This document shows, piece after piece, positions 39,861 through 53,033 of a stretch of DNA of 64,000 nucleotides; within the stretch, counting starts at the first letter, position 1, and every line of letters starts with the position of its first letter. Below the pieces are notes generated by a model that was not told the origin of the DNA, searched no databases, and was given only the letters and a program-made list of their open reading frames with translations. Source of the DNA: Harriotta raleighana (lineage: Eukaryota); assembly GCA_050575255.1 (NCBI GenBank), contig JBNZDD010013732.1, forward strand, positions 21,276,244 to 21,340,243, written 5' to 3'. A program made the translations under genes and the position numbers.

Positions 39861-41249
39861 TTTTCTGGAAGGTGTGCATGAAGGCTTATTAGCACAGAGT
39901 TATAAGTACAAATGGCCTGTTTTTATGCCATATGGTAACTCTAGTTACATATGGCATAAAAACTAGTTACATATGCTGAATAAGGACAAAAGAAACTCAG
40001 ATTTGATGCTAACTCCCACCACAGACCCGACACCACCCTCTGTAGTTTGCCAAGGCTCACACATGAATAATAGCCACCTCGATGAAATAGCAAGTTGGAG
40101 ACAGACTCCAGCTAAAATCTGAAAAGGAGTTAAATACCTAAAAAAAAACAGATGAGGAGGAAAAATTGGCAAAAAGAAACACGGTTTCATTAAAAGAAAA
40201 TAAAGTAATACATTTTTGCTGCTCGACCATGTTATAGTGTATACTTAATGGAGTAACGTTTCACCTTAATACCAGTTTAGAGGCAGCTACTTCGATGCAA
40301 CTGGCATTATTTGGCAGAGGACACAATCCATGTTACAATGCTTCAAGGTATTAAATCTCCACACAGCATGAATAGTTGTGTCAAGTGTTTTGGGCTTTAT
40401 ATATATATATACACACACACATATACTGTATATACATTTTCAGTATTGTTCAGGATGATAATCTTAAAAATTATGTTTTTCACTCCTACCTTTCTAATCT
40501 TGTGACAAGTCAGATGTTGTCGGTCATCACCAATCAAAAGGAACCAGCAAGGATGGCCCAACAAGAGTCTATTGAAATCTCAAAGCATCGAGCTATTCAA
40601 CTTGTGGTTCTTGTCTCTGATTTAACCATATTCAGCACAATTTTTTTGCTGTAAATTAGAAGATCAACTACTGCAATCATTTCACTTGTGAGTTTTAACA
40701 GCCACTGGTGACAGATGATATCTCTTGCCAGGATTTCCTGAGGTGAAATCTCATTATACTACATTGCAATAGTTTTTGCACTGTGTTGCTTTTATACATG
40801 CAGTTTGCCTCTAGAAGTAATCTATGAATGTAAAATGTCCAGTTTTTTGGTGCAGTATGTTGGGTAAGAGAGCTAATTCCTTTGTGAAAAAGCTCTGCAC
40901 TGCAGTGACCAGGAGAACATCACTGTATAGGTACTGTGAGGATCTCAGACTTTCATGCATGCATGATTCACTAATAAAAAATATTTTTGAAATTACTGCA
41001 TTAGAACCATGAAAGAATCCAGAAGCAAACTCGGCTGATATTCAGGCTCCCCTGATGTTATCTGGGTGGAGGAGTTACCCCCAAAATTGTATTTTGCCAG
41101 TTTAAAATCTTCCATCAATGCAATGAATGATATGAAGTCTTTCTTGTTGCAATAGTTGTATCACTATGTTACCATTAAGTTCTCCTGAGTTGCAACATAA
41201 AATCAGCATACTGTATATCAGAAACTACTCTACGTCAACCAGCAAGTAT

Positions 41250-41385
41250 GATGCTCTGTGCGCAATTGGCTGCCATGTTTCGCCCGCAAAATCCGATTCA
41301 ATTCACTTTACAGTATATTCTGTGACACATCCAGAAGCCGTCATAAGGCGCTATATCAAATGCAAGGGTTATTATTATTATTATT
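41250..41385 (+). mobile_element. Deu-SINE 3' half
   Basis: TGTGCGCAATTGGCTGCCATGTTTCGCCC...GGCGCTATATCAAATGCAAGGG(TTA)n. Confidence 0.85.
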
Positions 41386-41389
41386 TTCC

Positions 41390-41755
41390 CACAAACTATA
41401 CAGTAATTTCCCTTTACAGTATATTCTATGAAGCTCTTTAAGACACTTCAACTTAATGATAAGGTGCTACCTGTATATCAAATGCAAGCATTACTATTAG
41501 TAAAGAACCCATGGCACTATTGAAAAAGAGAAGGGAGTTTTCCTGGTGTTCTGGCAAACAAACCTCCATATAGAAATTGGTCATTCCCCCCATGTCTGTT
41601 TGTGGGACATTATTGTGTGTGGGAAATTGCTATGAGCAAATAGGCAGCCCCCCACCCACCCCCACCCCACACACACAGACTTTGTGTAATAACCTGCCAA
41701 GTCCCAATGAAATGATAAACTGCTTACTCAAATGCAAGGACTATAATTATTATTT
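41390..41755 (+). mobile_element. Cluster of Deu-SINE fragments including a Deu domain
   Basis: AAAGAACCCATGGCACTATTGAAAAAGAGAAGGGAGTTTTCCTGGTGTTCTGGCAAA matches the Deu domain; tails at ~41490 and ~41750. Confidence 0.7.
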
Positions 41756-43239
41756 AAAGTTCTTTCCTTAATTTGAATTTTTTGGCCAAATGGCAGCAAA
41801 GTGAAACAAATATACCCCACTTGCTCTTCTGTGAAGACAAAGATTTATTTTTTCTCAATGCAACTGCTTCACTAGGTTTGATCATTGATGTTGTGGCTTC
41901 AAATAGCACCTAAATAGTGACAAGAATTTGTTGCAATCTTGCCCAGGAGGATAGATTGTCAAGGTCAACTAAAAGTCTGACTGTCAGTCATGCAGTTAAT
42001 CAGGTATGTATTTACAATACAAAGGAAATGACCTAATTTTAAATACAGAGGCAGGTTAACAGAATTTATGGATTATTTGTATTCAAAACACTGTACAGGA
42101 GCTCAGCACTGATGCAACATATAATAGTACAATAATTAGCATGATCTGTTATCTTGCATACAATACCTTTATATTTAATAAATCATTGTGTGATCCACAG
42201 TTAGCATTCCTTCGATCATATATTGATTTTGTTTAATAGTTAAACACAATCATATTTTTCCTAAACCAGAACTTTGTTTCTTATCAGGAAATAGACATAA
42301 ATTGAGCTTTATTGAAAAATCAAATCAATTTGAGCAAAGTTTCGAGCAGTTGCAATTTAAAAAAATTCTAATTTCCATGTGTAAAGAGATGTCAAATAAT
42401 AAGTCACAATAAAATTCATGTAGAATTAATTTCTGCAGTAATCATCAGAACAAGTTAATCTGGAGCATTATTTAACATGAATGTATTCATACGATGAGAA
42501 GCAAAAGCTGCCTGCCTCTCTTGTTAATTTCTCCCTTCCTTAGGAGCAGTCTCAGCTGCAATTTTTCCTCTTCTAGCACCACCCCCACCACCCACCCTAC
42601 ACATACACACACACACTTTGTGTAATAGCCTGCCAACACAATCAAATCACACATGGGTTTTGGTCATTTGGGAAATGTACTAGAGGATGCTTATGGAAAT
42701 GGAACCCAGTAGAAGAAGAGAATATGAGTCAAATGCTTTCAAAAGAGTAGGTGAGAGAAGAAAACTTAGCAGAAACAAATTACACTGTTCATATTAGTAC
42801 CATGGGTGATAGCGATTTTATTAGTTGCAGTAACCTCTCATGCTTAATACAATTGGAGCCTGTGTGCTTTGGAAAGACATTTGTCTAAAACAGATGGACA
42901 TAGGTATATTTGCTTGGAAATGCTGAGGTTGAATTGCAACATTGTACTGCAGGTTATACATATGTTCCAGGTTATGCATATGTTCACAAAATTGGAATGA
43001 TTATCCTTGGGTATATGCTTTTTTGTAAAATATACTTCTCTGCAATTTTTGTTTAAAAAATATAAAAACTGGAATATTTATGGTAGCAACTTAAATGCTT
43101 GATCTCTGCGAAAATTCTAAAACCGTCATTTAGTTTTGCACTGATAATATGAAAATTCCACCAATTATAATCCCAGCGTACAGCAGATTGGAGGCATTTA
43201 AAGAACATTTTTTTTTCATGTCAGCAAGTGTAACGGCCG

Positions 43240-43570
43240 TCTGGTATTAGCGAGGGGCCAGGTTCAATTTTCCATCTCTGCTGAGTTAGCCGATCTGAGG
43301 CTGGGTGACGGTAGGCGCAGGTAAAGTTGCCATTAGGCCTGGGTTGGGGAGCTACAGGGCAAAAAATAATCCACTGATGTTTATTCCCACTCGAGATCTC
43401 TAAACAGTGGCCCCTACTGGAAGGTGTCCGTGCGTGGAAAGGTTCAACCCGCTTTGGCTCCTGACACCTATGAAGATCACTGGGCTGAGGTAAAGAAGAG
43501 CTTGCTGGTACTTGAACATCCACACCCCAACACCAGTCAATGCCTTCATCAGAAGAATGGAAGAAAATAA
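43240..43570 (+). mobile_element. AmnSINE2-like SINE
   Basis: GGTTCAATT...TGCTGAGTTAGCCGATCT...CAGTGGCCCCTACTGGAAGGTG...CAGTCAATGCCTTCA; shares blocks with the 3820 and 49225 copies. Confidence 0.6.
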
Positions 43571-46500
43571 GTAAATAAATTCAATGGTAACAGATTCCAA
43601 TCAGTCTGTCAGCGTATTTTTTTTATTCCTAAGAGGAAAGCTGCTCTGTTCACAGACAAGACCATACTTTTGGTGAAGTTTGTCAATGGGGAACGTTGTG
43701 CTTGTAATCTAAGGAATTGTGAGTCACTGAGGTGTCAATCACAGGATTACAGAATCAGAAATAACAAAGTATTGAAATAATTTACACAAGATTGAAAACC
43801 CAGATTGTTTTCTTTTCTAGAAGTGGAAATGAACCTAGTCTCTGACAATCATGGTTTCCAAGAGCTAGAGATTTATCAAAAGAATACATCAACTTGTTAA
43901 GGCAACTATGGGCTCACATTAGTTCTATGAATGATCCAAAGAATGTAAAGTGTACTCCCAACAGTAATTACTGGTACAAAAACAAAAAATGAGCATTTTC
44001 TTTTATACACCATCTCTGGCACTTTTGAATAGATGGCTCTGTAATTTCAGTATGTTTACATAACTAGTTGTTGTTCAAAGTACATGAATGGAATGCATAT
44101 CTTTTGTACCACAGAAAAAAATGTTAGCAAAGTGTTTTTGCTTGGCAAAAGTAATGCAGAGCATGTTTTTTCAATGATTTACCCGTTCTGCTCAACTGAG
44201 CTCGCACTCCATAAAGGGATTGCATGATAGTTGGTCATAAGTCAAAACTGGCTTAATTTCTACCATGGTATAAAGCAGTAATAATGTACAGTTCGTGTGC
44301 AATTTGCTGTTAGACAAGGGAAGGTTGTGTACAACAGGCAGTTACTGACTCATACCAGTAACCCCGGACTTAATGCAGCTCATGAGGTTGAATTCCGAAC
44401 ACTTAAGTGACCTTGAATCTTCAATTGTGACTGTGCATTTTACCCATTTATACTTGTATATGTAAACACTCATTGAGTGCTTAAATAAGTCAATCGCATT
44501 ATATTGCCAGGGGCAACTTTCAATTTCTGGTTTAAGCTGAAAGGCCTCAAACAAGCAAGTCTTGTGTTACAGGATCAAGCTGTCACTGTGAAGTGTAAAA
44601 GGGTAGTTTAATAAATCATAAGAAGTTAAAAAAAACACTATGTCAGCTGAGTGCATATGTGGGTAGATATTGGTACAGGCCTGCTCAGCTCTCCTCCCAG
44701 GTTAATCCATTTGCTTTTCATCATAAAGCATCAGCTGAACCTTTTTTTTAAGTTTAGACTCACAATTTGCAAATTTTTGTTATTAAAAGCTTTCTTGGCT
44801 GAAGAGAACATCGCCAAAATGATTGAAGCAAAACATAGCGGTGGGAGCTCATTTTTAAGTATACAAACACTCATCTTCTCCACCACCTCCAAGCTGGTTC
44901 AAGGGCTAATTGTCAACCTCAAAAATAGCATGAAGATTATTTCAAATCCACAGCCTCTGACGAATATACTTAAGTTTCTAATTGCAAAAACATTCCAGAT
45001 GAATGGATGCAAGCACATTTAATGGAGGAAGGGACATAAATTATTGAAGAACCAACACCAAAGAAAACAGCAAACTCATCAGAATATGGCACATGTCACA
45101 AGACAGTCTTAACACATCCTTGTTATTCACATAATCAAACTGCCTCTGGTTTCTCTGGTTAATAATAATGTTTTAAATGTTATACTGTACTAGGCTGTAA
45201 TTGTAGCCCTCTGCTGAGTCTGCTCAAGTATATATGAGACTCATTTATCTAGAGCTAGTAACTACAAATCAGTTCTTCAGAAACACTTCTGCTATTAAAT
45301 TGTTTCATCTCATCGAGCTTCACTTTCACATCAAACAATAAATCAAGAAGTCTTTGTTATTATAGACCTCCATGAGTGCCACTCCAGAAAGCAATGGATT
45401 GTGCATATATGTAATCTTGACTGCATAAACAGCAGGATCATTGCAGGCTGAAATACCTTCATATTAGCTGCAGTGCAGCTGCTGGAACTCAAACCTCTGA
45501 AGGATATCTCATTTACTACATAAGGCATCTATTTCTGGCAAATTATTGCCACATAAATTTCTTGTCAACAGAAACAGCCAATTAATTAAGTTAAAAATTT
45601 ACTTCGGATCACATCTACAAACCAAAGTGAACTGTAAGGTAATTTCCAGTCAGCAAAGTACCTCTGGGTCAGTTTAATAAATAATTTTTAACTCTGTCAC
45701 TTACCAAAGACAAGTTAATAACTGTGTATGTCTGACAGCAGGGCAGATGTTAACCTAAAAGGTGCAAAACTGTATGTTTTTTTTTAACCACTTTTTTTTT
45801 GCAGAGCAGAAGCAAAATGCTGGATTGGACTAGCCTGGTAAATATAACAACAACAAAATTACATTTGTAGAGCGCCTTTTACATCGGGAGGACGTTCCAA
45901 GGCATCCAAATAAGCAGGAGGGACTTTGTTTTCCTCATTAAATAGCACCTTCCAGAAGAAACAAACAGTGAAATATAATCAATCAAAAAATTTCATTTAT
46001 ATAGTGCCTTTCACGTCAAGAATTATCTGAGCAACCAACAATGTTAAACTTTACAATCATATGGAAGTTCAGTGTGAGTAAACCTCTGACCAAGTTCAAA
46101 GAACACTGTCCTGTTTCAGTTGTCTTTAAATAAACCTCAAACGGAGAATAATTATTGCATCCTATATTCCTATAGTGTTTAGCTCTAACTGTGAGAAGCC
46201 AAGAGAGAAGCCATCTGGTTTGAAATATGTCACAGATCTTTGGTCAGCTAAACTTTTTGCCTCAATTATATTATGTCAAACAATCAGGTAACAAGTTGCA
46301 TTGCTTTTTTTTTGTAAGCTAATAAATATTCAAGCGTTTTATCAGTGACCTCTTTCCTTTTCAATACGACACATTTTTGGTGGATTACAAAGCAACGTTA
46401 TCCACTAGGCCTCGGGCCAGATTGAGTCCTGCGTGTGTAAATGTTGTCTCCCACACGGCCTCCCAGCCTGGTGATAAATCAAGGAGAGTGTCATAGTACT

Positions 46501-47014
46501 CTCAGTTACTGTGCGTCATTGGGGAGAGCAGGAAGCGTTGGGGGTGTAATACTGTCCGTCAAACTAATATATTATATCAGTAGCTTTGTAATCTACTCCA
46601 GTAAGTTATGGGAACTGACACCAAGAAATGATGTTTTTGGGCAATGTGTTCATCAAAACACTGCAATCAATCCAAATCTGGTCTTTAGAGCAATTCAGCT
46701 GTTTATTGCTGTCGAACTGTGAAAAGTCTTATTAGCACCATTGTGTTGTAAAGATTCATCCCTGTACCTACTCTAACTGGAGATTTACCAACTGTAACAT
46801 TATTAAAGTTTTTATTTAAAGAAACACAAGTTTCAAGTATCCGTTCTGCTAAATATAAGGTCAAGCACACTGACCTCTGGAAGGATGCTCCAGTGTGTAA
46901 AACAAAAGGTCTTTGTTGTTAATTTAACCGGTTACATTAATCAAAACATGAAAGCTGTGCTTTTGTCAACTTTATTTTTTGGTAGCAATTGTTTTGTAAA
47001 AAAAACAAATCCTA

Positions 47015-47325
47015 ACAGATGAGGATGGTCCCAAGTTTGATCTCCGGACCGTGCTGTGTGAATTGATCTCATCCAAAGGAGGCAGTTGGCCTCAGTGCCC
47101 TTGAGCTAGAGAAGGGAAAACATTCTGTATCTGTGAGGATGTTGAGCAGAATAAAACACCAGAGGTTACCTCCTGAGGTTAAATCGCCTCCTTAAAACCT
47201 CTTAAACTTACACCTGCAATTGGTAAGGTACTGGAAGTTGCACAGTGGGTTTAGACCTGTCAATGGCCATGAAGAGAATGGGACAGAGGGGAAGGGGTGT
47301 ACAAGAAAATAGAAAAGATTCCTGT
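47015..47325 (+). mobile_element. AmnSINE2-like SINE
   Basis: GGTCCCAAGTTTGATCTCCGG...TTGGCCTCAGTGCCCTTGAGCTAGAGAAGGGAAAA. Confidence 0.55.
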
Positions 47326-49224
47326 TGATATTAAGGAGATGCTCTGTTTAAATTGAAAAATTGTTTCTGTGGCACTGTACGTGAAAAAATTATATATTTT
47401 TAATACTAAAGGAAACTTTACCAAGCAAAACTTCACCAAGTATAACTTCAAGCTATTTGTGTATGTCCTTAGCAAAGCTATCCATCTTTAGTCTTAAGAG
47501 GGAAAGAAATGAATTGCTTTAACTCTTTTTCCTCCACACATCCCATCCACCTCCAGCCACCTGCAGGATAAGGCAATAATTTTCTCCTTTGTCGTGGCGT
47601 TTGTGCATGTATGCACACATGCAGGTATGATCACACTTTTGTGAAATAAAGTTCACATTCACTCACTCTCATGCCCTTGTAGATATTAGCTTGGCCTCAG
47701 TTGATGACAGACAAAAAAAATTATTCATTAAACTGACCTTCCAAGTGCTTTCTTTAACTGGAAAAACATGTTACAGTTCCATTTAGTTTGTAGCTGTAAT
47801 TAGAAGTAAATTTTTAACTTAATTAATTGACTGTTACTGTTGACAAGAAATTTATGTGATACAATTTTGACAGTCGGAGAGTAAGGCTTGAAATGGCTGT
47901 TGAGAGGATGCACAAGTGACCTGAAACAATCAGCCAACATTGATAGTTTTATTTAGTAAAATAAAACAGAATTATTGTGGACAGGGTAAAGAGAGTTGAT
48001 TTGGACCAGACTTTAAGCCACTGTATGTTGGTGAGAGATGGGAAATAATAAACAGTACTGTAATTAGTTCAGCAACCCTAGCTGTTTGTGATGCTTAAAT
48101 AAATCATTCTTTCAAAGAAAATGTTAAAGGGCATCTACTGAAACTTCATTTCAATTTGTAAATAATTTCACTAGATGTCCTTCAACATTTGATCAATTTC
48201 ATTATCTTTTCACTGATGCAACCTATTTTCTTAAATTAAAAAGTGGCGATTATTTTTCATCTCAAACAATGTTGTGTTAATATTTGTTAACAAATTGCAA
48301 AACATGGAAAAAAAAGCTGTTCTCCAAAGGTCGTTAAATCTTTGTTTAAAAAACATCAGCACAGCTTCCTTCCCAATATTTAGTGCAAGACTCCCTCCTC
48401 GGCTGCTGCAGTAGATCACATTTGTGCTGTCACTTCAAAGTGTTTGCTAGGATACTTCACCATTGACCTTTAGTCATCAACATCACCAAGCTTTAGGATG
48501 TGGCTACACAGATGACTGAGCTTCCTAGAGGAAGTCAATGAGATTTTGTTCACGGAAATAACTGTACAAGTTCATGCTGTATTTCAGGGACATCGATGCT
48601 GAGAGTGAGTTTACAACGATGCAGCTATTTTTCTCCTCCCTCCCCCCTACCAAAAAACATTTTTGCTTTATTAATCCCCCACTCACAGCTTGACACATCT
48701 ATCAGAAGGCAAGGTGGATGGAGCACAGTGGGTTCCTTGGTTTCAGCATTTATGTTTAGCTGTAGGAGGTGCAATTCAAAGGAGAAATACACACAGACAA
48801 GGAAAGTATCAGTTTTTCTGCATGACAGGGTGATGTGTCCAACCGGCCACACTGAAATCTGGAAAGAAATCTTTAAATCCAAAAGCAGCTATGTTAGTAT
48901 CTCAAACCAAAGTGATAACTATATGGCCGTAAAACATGAGCACGTCACTCACCTCATACTTGGCATGTAGCAGCTGAAACGGTTCGTACAATCGTAAGGG
49001 GGCCCAGCATGCATGGAGCAATGGAGCGTGCATCAAAATTTATGATTGCTCACACAGTACTGTGTTTTGGAATGATTAGCAAACATGTTTTAATTAGAAA
49101 TGTGAGCAGGCTCTCTCCTTGCCCACCCCCCCAGCCACCATGGTCCAGTGGAAAAGGCAGCAAATGGCATCACTTGAAACGACACTAACCAAAAAATCAC
49201 AGGATTAACTCTTGGCTTGTGTTC

Positions 49225-49462
49225 AATTACCTGACCTCAGCTATGAAGAGCGGCAAGGGTGATTTAATTGGAATTAGCATTCCTGGCTTGGGGAGAAAGA
49301 GAAAGCCAGCAAGGGTCTCTTTCTTAATTGCTATCAGTGATCCTTCCTGCTGAAACAGTTGAGTGCATACACATTGGAGGAAAGAAGAATTGGGGTTTAG
49401 ATCTGAAGCCCACAAGTTCAGAAAGCTTGCTGACACTCACTGCCTAGGCTTACACACAAAAC
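49225..49462 (+). mobile_element. AmnSINE2-like SINE
   Basis: CTGACCTCAGC...GCTATCAGTGATCC...GCTGACACTCACTGCCTAGGCTTACACA. Confidence 0.55.
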
Positions 49463-49519
49463 ATATGCCACACACTAGAGAAAAAGATACTAGAGGGCAT
49501 CCAGTCTTGTTTCAACACT

Positions 49520-49800
49520 GGGACATCAAACTGAGGTCCTATCTGCCTGTTCGGGTGGATGTTAAAGATACTATGGTACTATTCGAACGCGGTCAGATGT
49601 GAAATGCTTAACTAGTGACTATGTTCCCATCCAGTAATTCCCCAGATAACATTGGCCACTTAATTCATGGCTGTCTAGGGGACACTGCTGTGCGCAGATT
49701 GGCTGCCTACAAAATACAGTCATTGCACATTTACAGTAAATTCTTTGAAATACTTTGGGACATCGTCTTGACATGAAAGGCACTATATTGGATGCAAAAA
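49520..49800 (+). mobile_element. Deu-domain SINE (older subfamily)
   Basis: AAACTGAGGTCCTATCTGCCTGTTCGGGTGGATGTTAAAGATACTATGGTACTATTCGAA (Deu domain), then GCTGTGCGCAGATTGGCTGCC and the LINE2 tail. Confidence 0.8.
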
Positions 49801-50796
49801 TAAAATTAGCAAGAGTCAGCTTTTTCAAGAGAGAAGAGGGCGAGGACATAGAAAAATAAAATAATTTCAAGAGAAACACTTAATGGCCCAGCTGCTAAAA
49901 CATTTAAAAATCATTCCAATCAGTAAAGTGCTACAGGAACCTCAAATATCCTCAGAGCAAGGTTATTAATGTAGCATTCAGAATCTTTTTTTGAAAAATA
50001 ATTGTTCAAATTGATATTGCCTTATCACATTTTGGAAATGTTTCATGTTTCTTCACTGTACAGTGTAGTGACTGTAACTTTGCAGGCAAATGTTGCTAAG
50101 ATAGTGTTCAAGTGTAGAAATGCACAGTCCACAGTTGGTTTTGATTTTAAAAAATCCACAGGAAGATCAGAGAAAATCACTTGCCAATTGTGGTGGAAAT
50201 TCAAAAGTTTACTTTGAAATAATGAAGGTGACAGAACCCTATTTATAGGCACAGAACTGGAATATTATGGACAGTTCTAAATAGGCCATTTATTTTAAAG
50301 GAACAGTTGTCTCATGGATGGACATTTATGCAGTTTCTGAAATTTTCATGCCATGTTTGCATAGAAGAACGGGGCTCAGGAAACGGCTTTTGATGGACCA
50401 CTTTATTGTGTCTGGCAAAGATTGTGACTCAATGACACAAATTATATTATGGTGTCAAAAAACACTATTGCTTCTGTATGATGTGGGGATGAAAATGATG
50501 CAACTGTTTTATCCCTTTTCAGTCACCGGGGCCTCTTTAAATGAGTGTGGCGATGAATCTCTTTTTGCAGATAATAAATATATTTGTGAAGACATAGGGC
50601 AGGTGGACACCTTGACTCGCGATTTCCTAGCAACAATGACACAGTCTGCCAGAACCACCTCAAACATCTCACAAAACAATCACCCTTTGAACGGTGGCAT
50701 AGTGCAGCATTATAAGACTTTTGTTTAAAGAAGTGTGTGGGGATGGAGGAAACACATTACAACAGAACCCATATTTGCCCTTACTTGGTGTCTCCA

Positions 50797-51185
50797 CAGC
50801 AACAACAGCAATATTACATTTATATAGCACCATTCACATCAGGAGGACGTCCCAAGGCGCTGCTGACCTTCCAGTGTGGAATACCCATAGATTTTAGAAG
50901 CAATATCATTTCTACTGTACCTAAAATAACAAAAAAAAATACATTTTTATTGCACCATTTACATTGAGAGGATGTCCCAAGGTTCTGGAAAGTCAAGGTT
51001 TTGCACTCGAGTTGTGGGTTACAATCAGAAGAGGTGGAGCGCAGGGAGGGTGGGGTTGGAGGGTGGTGACCGAAGCAGCAATCGAAGAGAAGTGCCTTGA
51101 AATAGGCATTGAGGAAGATAAGGGAGGGGGTGAGGCAAAAGGACTGGGATATGAAATTCCAAAGGATGGCGCAGAAGATTGAAGG
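50797..51185 (-). mobile_element. Two adjacent LINE2 3' ends
   Basis: Tails at ~50800-50865 and ~50935-50990; minus-strand WNFI...FLNAYFKALLF resembles the LINE2 ORF2 end. Confidence 0.8.
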
Positions 51186-51321
51186 CAAGTAAAACAAAGA
51201 CTATTTAAAGTAAAGATTTTTATAAATTTCAACAACTTTATCATGCAGTTCACTTGAAAATATGCAGTTGCTACACTTTACAGTAAATCCTGTGAAGCCT
51301 TTTGAGCCTAATACTTTCCAG

Positions 51322-51430
51322 AATTAGGCTAACTGAGTACAGACCAGAGAGGAGTATGCAACCTTCTGGGCTGTGTAGTTTAATACTGCACCTGGCAGCT
51401 TCTTTACCCACTTAGCCACTGAGAGAGCTA
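51322..51430 (-). mobile_element. 5' head of an AmnSINE2-like SINE
   Basis: Minus strand AGCTCTCTCAGTGGCTAAGTGGGTAAAG...CTGGTCTGTACTCAGTTAGC. Confidence 0.5.
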
Positions 51431-51959
51431 AGATTTAGTGTTTAATAAATATAGAAGTGGCATCCAGTAACAGAATATCAATACTGTACCAAGCTAGTTG
51501 TATTGTATTGACAGGCTGTCCAGCTTGGACACCTTGAATCTCTTCTGTAGTTTCTAAAAGGAATTTCATTCATCCAGTGGACATTTGGACAGATTGCTTG
51601 ATCTAACACTGCCTTCTGGTCAGAAAGATGGATAGAGAGCACTGTAACAAATTCCCCAACGTCAAGAGGGGATTAAAAACACATTAGAATAATAATATTG
51701 GAAGCTTTCCTTTTGATCCCTCTGAATATAGATCGTGAAACTAAGCAGCTCACAGCAGGGAACATATACAATGGCTGATAAAACGTGGTTCAGGAAAGGA
51801 AAGAAGCAAGAAATGGTAAATATAACAATGAAGCAAAAAAGATTCAACTGAATTCAATACAAATACAATCAGCACCTTATACATCCAGCAACTAAGCCAA
51901 CAGTAAAGCCAACAAAATGTTAAATAGCAAACAAAGAACTAGCACCAGTACAGAGGTTC

Positions 51960-52340
51960 ATAAAACACTCCAGTAACTCCCTGTCACAGAGTGGATCGAC
52001 TTCAAGATCCTCACACTTGTATTTAAATCCCTCTACTTCTCTGCACCCTCTACCTCTCTAACCTCCTCTCTTCCCATAGCAGTACCCGCTGCCTCCGCTC
52101 TATTGGGTCAGACCTCCTTCTTGTCCCCTGAATCCTCTGCTTCACCAATAGCAGCCGTGTTTTCAGTCCATACACTCCAAAATTTTGGAACTCCCTCACT
52201 CAACCCTTCGTCTTGCCCCTTTCTTTCCCTTCTTCAGGTCATGCCTGGACACCTTTCTCTTCAACCGCGCTTATGCTCATATTCCCCTCCCACTGGCTCA
52301 GACTTGGGCTCCACGACTGTGAAGCGCTCTGAGACGCCGC
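51960..52340 (+). mobile_element. LINE2 3' fragment (different subfamily)
   Basis: Reads LQ*LPVTEWIDFKILTLVFKSL, cf. LINE2 LHWLPV..RI.FKIL.L.FK.L. Confidence 0.85.
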
Positions 52341-52359
52341 CCGAATTTCGTTTTCAAGA

Positions 52360-52585
52360 AAGAGGTTGCATTTTCAAAACCTTATGTCATGTCAAACAAA
52401 CTCAAAAGTGCTTCACGGGTAATTTATTGTGAAATGTAGTAACTGTATTTGTAGGCACATGTTTCAGTCCACAAAAAACATTAAGTGAATGAACAATTAA
52501 CCAGGAAGAATGGGAGAAATTCCCTTTCCATTTAGAATCATGTCATGGGTTCTTTAATAGACATATGGGACCTGGTTTAATGTTT
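52360..52585 (-). mobile_element. Degenerate Deu-SINE
   Basis: TTGCATTTT...CTCAAAAGTGCTTCAC...GTCATGGGTTCTTTAA...CCTGGTTTAATG. Confidence 0.55.
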
Positions 52586-52717
52586 AATGTCTGATACAGG
52601 AAACAAGAGTACAGTACCTTCTATTCTTAAACAGGAAGGTACAGTACAACAAACATGTTATGCATTAAAAACTGTCAAAACTAATATTTTGGTATTTTAC
52701 TGGAGTACAATTCACAT

Positions 52718-53032
52718 TAATAATAAGAATCATCATCCTTGCATTTGATATAGCGTTTTTCACTTCTTCTAGACCTCTCAAAGCACTTCACAGAATATAC
52801 TATAAAGTGAATTGACTGTACATTTGTTGGTGAAACATGGCAGTCATTTGCACACAGCAGTTTCTCACAAACAGTTGTGGATTGAAATGACCAAATTATT
52901 ATTGTTTTTTTTTGAGTGATTACAGTATTATTAGGTGTGTGGAGTAAAGAAACTTTCCCAATGTTTTGCTCTGTCGGGAATCGAACCCAGGTCTCTTAGT
53001 TGTAAGGCAAGCGCTCTAGCCACTAAACTACA
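52718..53032 (-). mobile_element. Full-length tRNA-headed Deu-SINE
   Basis: Minus strand A box TAGTTTAGTGG, B box GGTTCGATTCC, Deu core and LINE2-derived tail. Confidence 0.92.
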
Positions 53033-53033
53033 C

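Noticed and set aside
50318-50728. 136-aa plus-strand ORF
   Set aside because: No recognisable homology or exon boundaries.
52960-53032. tRNA-like sequence with A and B boxes
   Set aside because: It is the head of a SINE, continuous with the Deu core and LINE2 tail; no complete cloverleaf acceptor stem.
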